From positions 4,635-68,634 of the forward strand of contig JBFWOK010000008.1 of the NCBI GenBank assembly GCA_050250555.1: a DNA stretch of 64,000 bases. Direction: 5' to 3'. The position numbers and the translations under genes are program-made. This document shows positions 18,102 to 26,332 of the stretch, piece by piece. The notes below the pieces were generated by a model. That model did not search any database, had not been told where the DNA came from, and saw only the letters and a list, made by a program, of their open reading frames with translations. Numbering within the stretch: the stretch's first letter is position 1; every line of letters starts with the position of its first letter. This DNA is from Limisphaerales bacterium (GTDB taxonomy: Bacteria > Verrucomicrobiota > Verrucomicrobiia > Limisphaerales > CAIMTB01).

Positions 18102-18964
18102 ACGAGTTTCTCGCATCCTCCTTCGCGGAGAATGTCCGACGCCTGGCGCTGGGACTGGAAACCCTGGATGCCGGCCGAGGCACGCGGGTCGGGCACCCGA
18201 TCCGGGTGGTGTTCCACGACGCGATCAACGGACTGCCGCGACCGGTGGTGGATCGCCACGATTCGTGTCTTCACGCCTTGTTGTATCAGCCCGGAGTCGC
18301 GGACCGGGTCGACCTGCGGTTTTACGAGGCGGCGCCGCCATTCCCCTCGGGACCCCGGGGTGCGGGGCAGGCGTTGGATTTCGGCAGTCAATTCCGGAGG
18401 GTGCCGCGACGATTCGTTCCGCGACGGATCAGCTTCCCGATCCTGACCCAGGCCCAGGCGGAACTCGCTATCGGAGCCCTCCGGGTGCGAAGACCTTCAC
18501 TGTTCCCGGGGGCGGCCTACGACCTGGATGCTGGGCAGACAGGGGTGCGGGGACGCGTGGTTCAGGCGGGCGTGGCGGTTCGCTGGGTGCGAGTGACCGC
18601 GACGCTGCCCGGAGGCACGCGGGTCGTGGGACGAGCGCATGGGGATGATCGCGGGGAGTTCCTGCTCCTCCTATCGCCCGCGGCGGGGTCGGTGGGAGAA
18701 CTGGGCGATCCCTTCACGGTGCGCATCACGGTGACGGCGCGACCGGCGCCCCCGGTGCCGGACACTCCGGAACGGGTGCTTCGGGATCCCTGGTGGGATC
18801 TGCCGGCGGAGAGTGCCGACCCCTTGGACCCGGGCGATCCGGAACTCGACCCCGTTTCATCCGGGGAGACGATGCCTTCGGGTTACACCGCCACGGTCAC
18901 AAGGGACCTCGAGGTCCCGCTGGGACGGGTCCACGCCGAGACGACCCCATTCATGCTTCCTTGA
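18098..18964 (+). CDS. Hypothetical eCIS-associated protein with a carboxypeptidase-regulatory-like beta-sandwich segment
   Basis: ATGA overlap with the DUF4255 gene. 'GVRGRVVQAGVAVRWVRVTATLPGGTRVVGRAHGDDRGEFLLLL' resembles the CarboxypepD_reg pattern. Confidence 0.5.
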   Translation: MNEFLASSFAENVRRLALGLETLDAGRGTRVGHPIRVVFHDAINGLPRPVVDRHDSCLHALLYQPGVADRVDLRFYEAAPPFPSGPRGAGQALDFGSQFRRVPRRFVPRRISFPILTQAQAELAIGALRVRRPSLFPGAAYDLDAGQTGVRGRVVQAGVAVRWVRVTATLPGGTRVVGRAHGDDRGEFLLLLSPAAGSVGELGDPFTVRITVTARPAPPVPDTPERVLRDPWWDLPAESADPLDPGDPELDPVSSGETMPSGYTATVTRDLEVPLGRVHAETTPFMLP

Positions 18965-19022
18965 GCCGACGGGGAATAATGAACCGCGTTCGATTGAATC
19001 CACGCCGACCCAAGCAAATCGA

Positions 19023-19066
19023 AACCCAACCCAACCCAACCCAACGGAACCCAACCGAACCGAACC
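19023..19066. repeat. Pentanucleotide (CCCAA)n-like microsatellite tract in the sheath-gene leader
   Basis: 'aacccaacccaacccaacccaacggaacccaaccgaaccgaacc' lies in a lower-GC 195-nt intergenic region about 95 nt upstream of the sheath start codon. Confidence 0.8.
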
Positions 19067-19159
19067 TTTCGTCCGAAGTCGCTGAATTGTCTGTCTGAAG
19101 TGCGTTCAATGAATTGATTCGATCCGCCTTTCGCCACACTCAACCCCAAGGATGATCCC

Positions 19160-21643
19160 ATGCCCGAATATCTCGCCCCCGGAGTCTACGTCGAGGAAGT
19201 GAGCTTCCGCTCGAAGTCCATCGAAGGCGTTCCCACAAGCACCACAGGATTCGCGGGCATGACCCGGACTGGCCCGGTGCGCTACACGTTCACCGACCTC
19301 AGCGCGACCGTGACGCGGGGGCCGAATCGGCCCGAGCCTCGCCTGGTCACCAGTTTCACCGAGTTCGAACGAGTGTATGGCGGGCTGGAGGCGATCGGGA
19401 CCAGCGACCGGGTCAACTACACGGCGCACGCGGCGCGCGCCTTTTTCCTGAACGGCGGCCGGCGGCTCTACATCTCGCGCGTGATCGCCGGGGATGGCAG
19501 CGCGGGCGTCGCGACGGGCGCGATTCGACCTGTGGGCGGAGCGGGACAGGCGCGTTGGCGGGCCCGATGGCCGGGGACCTTCGGAAATGTCCGGGTCGAG
19601 ACCCGGTTGACCCGGACCAAGAACGTCAATTTCACCCATCCCGCTTCGGATCCGGTGCGATCGGCGTGGGGTCCCCAGGCCCGGGGCGCGCGGGCGGGAA
19701 CGGTCGTGGAGATCACGCCGGCGGGGGGAGCCTCGGGAACGGTGATTTCGCCCGCCGGACCGTTCGATCTCGAACCAGGCCAGACGCTGGTGGTTTCGAT
19801 CGACGGCGGCGGTAACCAGGTTTTCAACTTCAACGCGACCCGGGGGGGCCGGTTCGGCGGCGGTTCCGCTTTTGGAACGGTCGTTGGCGGGGAGACGCTG
19901 GTGGTCCGAATCGATGGCGGTCCAGATCAGACCATCACCCTTCAGGCGGGCGACACGACCGCGGCGGCGGTGGCGGACCGGATCAACGCCACCCTCCTGG
20001 GAGGAGCTGCGGTGGTGAACGGAACGGAAGTCGACCTGCTTTCAGACACCCGGGGCACGGGATCGACGGTCCAGGTTGTGTCGGCAGCCGCCGCCTTCGG
20101 GCACGCGGCGGGGACGGGCACCGGCGGAGGCGATGCCGCGGACATCGATGCGGTCACGGCGGCCGAGGTCGCCGCGTTGCTGAATGCGTTCCTCGGGGGC
20201 GGGCAGGCGACGGTCGAGAACGGCGCCGTCCGGATCACGTCGAACACGGCGGGCACCGCTTCCAGTGTCCAGATTCAGCCGGCGTCGACGGCGACCGGCA
20301 TCGGGTTCGACAACAACCTCCATGGGGCATCCGGCGCGGCGCCCACCGGCAATGATCTTCCGAGCGGGGCCCGGCTTTTCGTGATCGAGACCGACGTCGA
20401 CGGGCGCCAAAGGTTCGTCAACGCCACGAATCCGCTTCCGGGGATCACGCCGCTGGCGAGCGACATCGTGCAGATCGTGACCCTCCGGGTGATCGTGACC
20501 GTCGACGACGAGCGGGTGGACGTCCACGACGCGCTGGGGGTCGACGTGGACGACAAGCGCTTCATTGGAAAGATCCTGCAAAAGGACGATCCCGAGGATG
20601 AGAACGCGGTGATCTGGCTCGAACTCGACGCCGCCGCGGAGGCGGCGTCCGGGGAACTGCTGCTGCTGGCCTTGAGGGGAACGGGCGCGACGGGGAGCGC
20701 CGAGATCCTGGCGGGAGGGAGTGACGGCTTGGTCATCACGCCGAATGATCTCCTGGGTTCGGAAGCCGACCCGGACAACCCGGACCTGAAAGCGACGGGG
20801 CTCGAGGCCCTGGGGGAAATCGACGACATTGCGATCGTCGCGGCGCCGGATGCGGCGACCCTTTCGACACCGTCGGTGGCCGCGGGTCACCTGATTTCGC
20901 ACGCCGAAAAATTCCGCTACCGCATCGCGGTGCTGGATGGTGAGCCCGGGTCGTCGATGACCGAGATCCGGGAATTCCGGGGTGGATTCGACAGCAAATA
21001 CGCCGCGCTTTACCACCCGTGGATCGAGATCCTCGATCCGACGGAGCGAGCCGCCCAGGGGGCGCCGCCACGGCGGCTGCTGCTTCCGCCGTCCGGCTTC
21101 GTCACGGGCATCTACGCGCGGAGCGATATCGAACGCGGCGTTCAGAAGGCGCCGGCGAATGAGATCGTCCGGGGGCTCACCCAGTTCGAGGCGAACATCA
21201 ACAAGGCGCGGCAGGAGGTCCTGAATCCCGAGGGCATCAACGCGCTTCGGTTCATGGAAGGACGAGGCAACCGGGTCTGGGGCGCCCGAACCGTGAGTTC
21301 CGATCCGGAATGGAAGTACGTCAACGTCCGGCGCCTGTTCATCTACATCGAACATTCCATCGACAAAGGCACCCAGTGGGCGGTGTTCGAACCCAACAAC
21401 CGCCGCCTCTGGGACAACATCCGCCAGACGGTCGAGGACTTCCTGCTCGTCCTCTGGCGGGACGGAGCCCTGATGGGCGACAAGCCCGAGGAAGCCTATT
21501 TCGTCCGGTGCGACCGGACGACCATGACTCAGAACGACCTCGATAACGGGCGGCTCATCTGCCTGATCGGAATCGCCCCGGTGAAACCCGCTGAGTTCGT
21601 GATCTTCCGGATCGGCCAGTGGACCGGGGATTCGAAGGTCTGA
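19160..21643 (+). CDS. Contractile tail sheath protein 1 (827 aa, enlarged)
   Basis: Canonical sheath N-terminus 'MPEYLAPGVYVEEV'. C-terminal sheath domain ('YAALYHPWIEI', 'PPSGFVTGIYARSD', 'KAPANE', 'INALRF...GNRVWGARTV'). An insertion of roughly 190 aa spans residues 195-385. Confidence 0.9.
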   Translation: MPEYLAPGVYVEEVSFRSKSIEGVPTSTTGFAGMTRTGPVRYTFTDLSATVTRGPNRPEPRLVTSFTEFERVYGGLEAIGTSDRVNYTAHAARAFFLNGGRRLYISRVIAGDGSAGVATGAIRPVGGAGQARWRARWPGTFGNVRVETRLTRTKNVNFTHPASDPVRSAWGPQARGARAGTVVEITPAGGASGTVISPAGPFDLEPGQTLVVSIDGGGNQVFNFNATRGGRFGGGSAFGTVVGGETLVVRIDGGPDQTITLQAGDTTAAAVADRINATLLGGAAVVNGTEVDLLSDTRGTGSTVQVVSAAAAFGHAAGTGTGGGDAADIDAVTAAEVAALLNAFLGGGQATVENGAVRITSNTAGTASSVQIQPASTATGIGFDNNLHGASGAAPTGNDLPSGARLFVIETDVDGRQRFVNATNPLPGITPLASDIVQIVTLRVIVTVDDERVDVHDALGVDVDDKRFIGKILQKDDPEDENAVIWLELDAAAEAASGELLLLALRGTGATGSAEILAGGSDGLVITPNDLLGSEADPDNPDLKATGLEALGEIDDIAIVAAPDAATLSTPSVAAGHLISHAEKFRYRIAVLDGEPGSSMTEIREFRGGFDSKYAALYHPWIEILDPTERAAQGAPPRRLLLPPSGFVTGIYARSDIERGVQKAPANEIVRGLTQFEANINKARQEVLNPEGINALRFMEGRGNRVWGARTVSSDPEWKYVNVRRLFIYIEHSIDKGTQWAVFEPNNRRLWDNIRQTVEDFLLVLWRDGALMGDKPEEAYFVRCDRTTMTQNDLDNGRLICLIGIAPVKPAEFVIFRIGQWTGDSKV

Positions 21644-21690
21644 CCGTCCGGAACCCTTAAAGCATCCACGATTCAACCCAGGAGATTCCC

Positions 21691-22152
21691 ATGCCCACAT
21701 TTCGCGAAAACCCCTACGGCGCCTTCCAGTACCTCGTGGCCCTCGGCGGCGCCCAGGGCGATGGATCGAGCGGTTCCGTGATCGGCGGCTTCTCCGACGT
21801 CAGCGGCCTCGGGGTCGACGTCAGTTACTCGGAGTACCGCAACGGCAACGAAAAGTTCAACACGGTCCGAAAGGTCCCCAACACCCACAAGGTGGACGAC
21901 GTCACGCTCAAACGCGGCCTCGTCGGGTCCGACGACCTCTTCGCGTGGATCAAGACCGTCCGCGACGGCACCGCCGATCCACGGCAGGTGAGCATCACAC
22001 TCCTCGACGAGGCGCGTCAGCCGGTCGCCACCTGGACTCTCCGGAACGCGCAGCCCAAGAAATGGACGGGTCCGACGCTGTCCGCCAAGGGAGGCGGCGA
22101 AGTCGCCATGGAGGAACTCAGCCTGGTCCACGAGGGCATCGAGTACAAGTGA
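21691..22152 (+). CDS. Tail tube protein 1 (T4 gp19-like / phage tail region protein family)
   Basis: 'FSDVSGLGVDVSYSEYRNGNE', 'VTLKRGL...LFAWI' and 'TWTLRNAQPKKWTGPTLSAKGGGEVAMEELSLVHEGIEY' match the conserved tube family. Confidence 0.85.
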   Translation: MPTFRENPYGAFQYLVALGGAQGDGSSGSVIGGFSDVSGLGVDVSYSEYRNGNEKFNTVRKVPNTHKVDDVTLKRGLVGSDDLFAWIKTVRDGTADPRQVSITLLDEARQPVATWTLRNAQPKKWTGPTLSAKGGGEVAMEELSLVHEGIEYK

Positions 22153-22179
22153 CCCCGAGCGCCTGACCTTCGCCTCGGC

Positions 22180-24168
22180 ATGGCGTCGTCGATCCTCAAC
22201 GCGCCCCTGGGCGCTCCGGGCCTCTACCGCGACCCCGGCGTTCCGCTCCGCGCACTCACCGGAGTGCGGATGGACGTCGCCGCGTTCGTCGGTGTCGCCC
22301 CGCGGGGACCCGCGCGCGAACAGGTCCTGGATCCGATCCTGCGGAATTGCCGGCCGGATCCGAGGGTGCTCCGACAGCTGAGGCGGACGGTTCCCTACGC
22401 GGTGGAGAGCTTCGACGAGTACCGGCGGTTGTACGGAGGGTTTGGCGGCCCCGGTCTGCTGCCCTACGCGGTCGCCGCGTTCTTCGACAATGGCGGCCGT
22501 CGAGCCTACATCGCACGCGTCGTTCATGACTACCCGACCGCCGCGGAGAACGAGGCGCGCGTCGCCGAGGGAATCGCCGGTGGCGCCATGACCAGCGCGG
22601 GACCGCTCGCGTTGCGGGCGCGCAACGAAGGTTCGTGGGGCAATGCCTTGCGCGTCGGCCTCACGTTCACGGCGAAGCCGCTGATTCCGATCGACGTCAC
22701 CACCACCGGGATCACCGTCGCCGCCGGGGAGGCGCTGGTGATCGGCGCCCTGCTGCGGCTCACCTTCGACGACGGCTCCAGGATCCATCGCGTCGTGACC
22801 ACAGTCCGACGTGTCACTTCGGCGACCTCCGCGTCGGGAGTTCTGACCGGGACGTTCGAGACCCCGATTCCGGCGGTTCCCGAGGCGGTCGAGATTCTCG
22901 AAGGCGATTTCCGGATCGATGACGGCGACGGACGGGTCGAGGTCCACACCGGGCAGGGGCTGTCGTCGCTGCATCCCCGCTGGCTCGCGGCGACGCTCTG
23001 CTACGAGTCGCAACTCGTCCGTCCCGGGGATTCCTGGATCGACGCCTCGATCGAGCCGGACCCGACCGCTCCCGGGGAACCGTTCTGCGGTGGCGAGGAT
23101 GATTATCCGGCCATCACGCCGGAGGATTTCTTTGATCCAACTTGGAGCCCCGCCGAGGACGAACCCGGGGACGGAATCACGGCTTTGGCGGGGCTTCCGG
23201 ACCTGTCGATCCTGGTGGTCCCCGACCTTTATTCGCCGCAATCGATCGTTGGGGAGACGCCCCTCGAAGATCCCGTCGTGCCGGACAACCCGGGGTTCGT
23301 CAGATGCGGTCCGGTGGCCGCGCCGCCGTCGGCGACCGGTCCGGCGGTGGCGGATCTCGATGGGTTGCGGCTGGACCCGGAACTTCCGCAGGACCTCGCG
23401 GAGATTGAGCGGTTGCAGTCCGGGTTGGTCGGGTTCGCTTCCGAACTCCAATCCTTCATCGTCCTGCTCGATGTTCCGCCACGACTGCATTCGCGGCAGG
23501 TCCTGGCGTGGCGGGCGAAGTTCGATTCCGCGTACGCGGCGGCTTACCATCCCTGGTTGCTGGAATCACCTGGGGACGACGACCGGGACGCGCTGATCGC
23601 GGTCCCGCCGTCGGCGGTGGCGGCCGGGATCATCGCCCGGAAGGAATGGAACCACGGCGTCGCCCACGGTCCGGCGAATGAGCTGGCGCTGGCCGTGGTC
23701 GATGCGACGGAGCCCATTCCTCCCGCCTGGCACGACGTCCTTCATCCCCAGGGGATCAATGTCTTTCTGCGGGAACCGGACGGGATTCGGCTCACCGCGG
23801 CGCGGACGCTGAGTCGCGACGCCGCCTGGCGCCAGATCAGCGTGCGCCGGCTCGTGACCCTGATCCGGCGCACGATCGAGCGGCGCATGCAGTGGCTGGT
23901 GTTCGAGCCGAACAATCGCGCGCTGAGGGCCGAAGTCCGGCGACTGCTGACGGGGTTTCTCCGACGGCTTTTTCAGGGAGGCGCCTTCGCGGGCGCGACC
24001 GAGGAGGAATCGTTCTTCGTGCGGTGCGACGAGGAACTGAATCCGCGAACCGTCGTCGACGCGGGACGTTTGATCACGCACGTGGGGGTCGCGCCCGCGG
24101 AGCCCATCGAATTCATCGTTCTTCGCCTGCTGCGCGACGGCGACGGCACCCTGACCCTGGAGGATTGA
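22180..24168 (+). CDS. Contractile tail sheath protein 2 (662 aa)
   Basis: 'APGLYRD...VAAFVGVAPRGP', 'YAAAYHPWLL', 'PPSAVAAGIIARKE', 'GPANE' and 'INVFLREPDGIRLTAARTLS' are present. Confidence 0.9.
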   Translation: MASSILNAPLGAPGLYRDPGVPLRALTGVRMDVAAFVGVAPRGPAREQVLDPILRNCRPDPRVLRQLRRTVPYAVESFDEYRRLYGGFGGPGLLPYAVAAFFDNGGRRAYIARVVHDYPTAAENEARVAEGIAGGAMTSAGPLALRARNEGSWGNALRVGLTFTAKPLIPIDVTTTGITVAAGEALVIGALLRLTFDDGSRIHRVVTTVRRVTSATSASGVLTGTFETPIPAVPEAVEILEGDFRIDDGDGRVEVHTGQGLSSLHPRWLAATLCYESQLVRPGDSWIDASIEPDPTAPGEPFCGGEDDYPAITPEDFFDPTWSPAEDEPGDGITALAGLPDLSILVVPDLYSPQSIVGETPLEDPVVPDNPGFVRCGPVAAPPSATGPAVADLDGLRLDPELPQDLAEIERLQSGLVGFASELQSFIVLLDVPPRLHSRQVLAWRAKFDSAYAAAYHPWLLESPGDDDRDALIAVPPSAVAAGIIARKEWNHGVAHGPANELALAVVDATEPIPPAWHDVLHPQGINVFLREPDGIRLTAARTLSRDAAWRQISVRRLVTLIRRTIERRMQWLVFEPNNRALRAEVRRLLTGFLRRLFQGGAFAGATEEESFFVRCDEELNPRTVVDAGRLITHVGVAPAEPIEFIVLRLLRDGDGTLTLED

Positions 24169-24170
24169 CC

Positions 24171-24650
24171 ATGGCCGAATCCGATCCGCTGCTTCGCGCC
24201 TTCCGATTCCAGGTCCAATTGCGTCGGACCGACGAGGCGGGAACGGCGCTTGGAGACGGCGCTTTCCAGGAGTGCTCGGGACTCGAAGTCGAGATGGATG
24301 TCCGGGAGCACCTCGAGGGTGGGAACAACGCCGCGGTGATCCGGCAGGCGGGACGCGCGAAGTACACGAATCTCGTGCTCAAGCGCGGCATGTTCCACAG
24401 CGCCGCCGGCCGCCTCAACGCGGACCTTTGGCGCTGGATGCAGGACGCCGTCGGGAACGTCCGGCCCATCGCCCGTTACGACGGCGTCATCGAAGTCATG
24501 AGCGTCGGCGACGAGGTGGTGGCCACCTGGGAGTTCGACCGGGGCCTGCCCGCCCGACTGCGCGGACCCGAACTGAACGCCAAGACCGGCGAGGTCGCCA
24601 TCGAGGAACTGCACATCGCCCATGAAGGTCTCCGACTCGTCCTGCCCTGA
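24171..24650 (+). CDS. Tail tube protein 2
   Basis: 'FRFQVQL...FQECSGLEVEMDVREHLEGGNN', 'LVLKRGM' and 'TWEFDRGLPARLRGPELNAKTGEVAIEELHIAHEGL' make it a paralogue of tube 1. Confidence 0.85.
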   Translation: MAESDPLLRAFRFQVQLRRTDEAGTALGDGAFQECSGLEVEMDVREHLEGGNNAAVIRQAGRAKYTNLVLKRGMFHSAAGRLNADLWRWMQDAVGNVRPIARYDGVIEVMSVGDEVVATWEFDRGLPARLRGPELNAKTGEVAIEELHIAHEGLRLVLP

Positions 24651-24671
24651 CGCGATCGACCCCATCCCGAC

Positions 24672-26162
24672 ATGAGCCAGCTGGAAAAAGCCCAACTTCA
24701 ACCGATCAAGGCCGATGGTTCGACCGACGGGCCGGCGATTCCCGTTCAGTTCAACCCGGCGACGCTCAGGCTTCAGATCACGAACCAGGTCGAAGGCGGC
24801 GACACCCGGGGCCGCCAGGTGCGGCAGTACACGGGATCGAGTTCGACCCAGTTGACCGTCGAACTGATCTTCGACACCGCCGACGAGGGCACCACCCAGG
24901 CTCCGGTGTCGGTTCGATCGAAGACCCTTCAGGTCGAGCAGTTCCTCTACCCGCGCGGCGACGACAACCAGAAGCAGGCGCCCCCGCAGCTTCGCTTCGA
25001 ATGGGGCGACCTGATCCTCGAAGGCGTCGTCGAAAGCCTCACGATCGACCTCGACCACTTCGCGTCCAACGGCTTCCCGCTTCGCGCCAAGGTGGGCTTC
25101 TCGCTGAAGGAGCAGGACCGTCGCTACGAACTCAAGATCGCGGGAGACGCCGCGAACACCGACTCCGGCGCCACCCGCCCGGGCGAGGCGGGATCGGGCG
25201 CGTTGGGAACATTCAATGCGGGCTTCGGCGCCCAGGTGGGGCTCGCGATCGGTGGCGAAAGCGCCGCCGAATTCACGGCCCGCCTCGGACTCGATCCGTC
25301 CGCGTGGCGCGGACTTTCCTTCGGAGCGAGCCTGGAAGGATCCCTGTCGTTCGAAGCGGGCCTCGAAGTGGGTTTCAGCGCGGGACTCAGCGCCAACGTG
25401 GGCCTCGGAGTCTATGTCGGCGCCAGCGCGGGCCTCTCGGTTTCCCTGGAAGCGTCGTTCGGCCTTGAAGTCGACGTCGGGGTCACCGCCGTCGCCAATG
25501 TCGGTGTCAGCGCGAATCTCCAGGCCGGATTCAGTCTGGCCGCCGCGGGCGGATTGAGCGCCGCCATCGCCTCGGTCAAGACCGCCAAGGCGGACACCGC
25601 CGTGGCCGCCACCAAAACCGCCTTCGGTCTCACCGCGAGCGCTGCTTCGAACCCCGGTGCCGGCCCGGGTTCGGCAACGGGTTCCACCACCGCGGCGGGG
25701 TCGGGGTCGGGGTCGGGGTCGCGAACGAGTTCGCAGGGTGGTTCGACTGCGGCTTCCGCCGTGACCACAACCGGGGTTGCCCGACCGACATTGCCCGCGC
25801 AGACCCGGACGCCGATGCGGTTGGCGGGGATTCCGACTCCCGCGGCGCAACAAGGCGCTCCGTCCGCCCCGCCACCACCAGTCGCGGATCCGCGGGCGTC
25901 GTCGTTCGGGTTCGGCGTTCCGCTTCGGGCCACCGTGCGACCCGGCGCCGAGGCGGCCTCGTCGACCAGCCGGGGGACCGTTCCTCTCGCGGCGCGGACA
26001 GGAACCCGAAGCGTGCCGACGACCCGCGATCCCACAGTACCAGCGTGGGTGGCGTTGCCGGAGTCCTCGGTGTCGGCCAACGCGAAAACGGGCGCGCGCG
26101 GGAGCCGGCGCGGAACGCCCTGCGACTGCGCCGGACCGAACGCTCTCAAGGGGAATCACTGA
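24672..26162 (+). CDS. Tube-fold (Afp7-like tube initiator) protein with a long low-complexity G/A/S/L C-terminal region and no LysM
   Basis: The N-terminal ~150 aa ('PVQFNPATLRLQ...QLTVELIFDT', 'LRFEWGDLILEGVVESLTIDLDHF...AKVGFSLKE') is CIS-tube-like. The remainder is repetitive ('GLEVGFSAGLSANVGLGVYVGASAGLSVSLEASFGLEV') plus GS/PA-rich sequence. Confidence 0.65.
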   Translation: MSQLEKAQLQPIKADGSTDGPAIPVQFNPATLRLQITNQVEGGDTRGRQVRQYTGSSSTQLTVELIFDTADEGTTQAPVSVRSKTLQVEQFLYPRGDDNQKQAPPQLRFEWGDLILEGVVESLTIDLDHFASNGFPLRAKVGFSLKEQDRRYELKIAGDAANTDSGATRPGEAGSGALGTFNAGFGAQVGLAIGGESAAEFTARLGLDPSAWRGLSFGASLEGSLSFEAGLEVGFSAGLSANVGLGVYVGASAGLSVSLEASFGLEVDVGVTAVANVGVSANLQAGFSLAAAGGLSAAIASVKTAKADTAVAATKTAFGLTASAASNPGAGPGSATGSTTAAGSGSGSGSRTSSQGGSTAASAVTTTGVARPTLPAQTRTPMRLAGIPTPAAQQGAPSAPPPPVADPRASSFGFGVPLRATVRPGAEAASSTSRGTVPLAARTGTRSVPTTRDPTVPAWVALPESSVSANAKTGARGSRRGTPCDCAGPNALKGNH

Positions 26163-26332
26163 TGCCCGTTCATCTCGACCAACTCACTTCGGAAGTCGTT
26201 CCGGAACCGGAACCCCAAGGCGTGCCGGTTGAACCGCGCGAAGGCGCGATCGAACCGTCGCGGTTGTCGCAACTCCTCGCCCGCCTGGCGGAGGACCGGC
26301 GGCGCGTGGCGGCGGAGGGATTCGATGACTGA
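26162..26332 (+). CDS. Small (56 aa) hypothetical protein, positional analogue of Afp6
   Basis: Its start overlaps the upstream stop (TGATG), and its stop overlaps the gpD-like gene start by 8 nt. Acidic composition. No family recognised. Confidence 0.4.
   Translation: MPVHLDQLTSEVVPEPEPQGVPVEPREGAIEPSRLSQLLARLAEDRRRVAAEGFDD

Noticed and set aside
25697-25720. The (ggggtc)x4 hexamer run as a phase-variation switch.
   Set aside because: The unit length is a multiple of three, so slippage would only change the GS-linker length and not the reading frame. It is noted within the 24672-26162 finding rather than as a separate regulatory feature.
24672-26162. A LysM domain expected in the Afp7-like protein, and a PAAR protein expected near the spike (27410-29697).
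   Set aside because: I read these ORFs looking for the typical LysM 'Y.V..GDTL..IA' pattern and for PAAR motifs and found neither, so they are not annotated. A sensitive HMM search is still needed to confirm absence.
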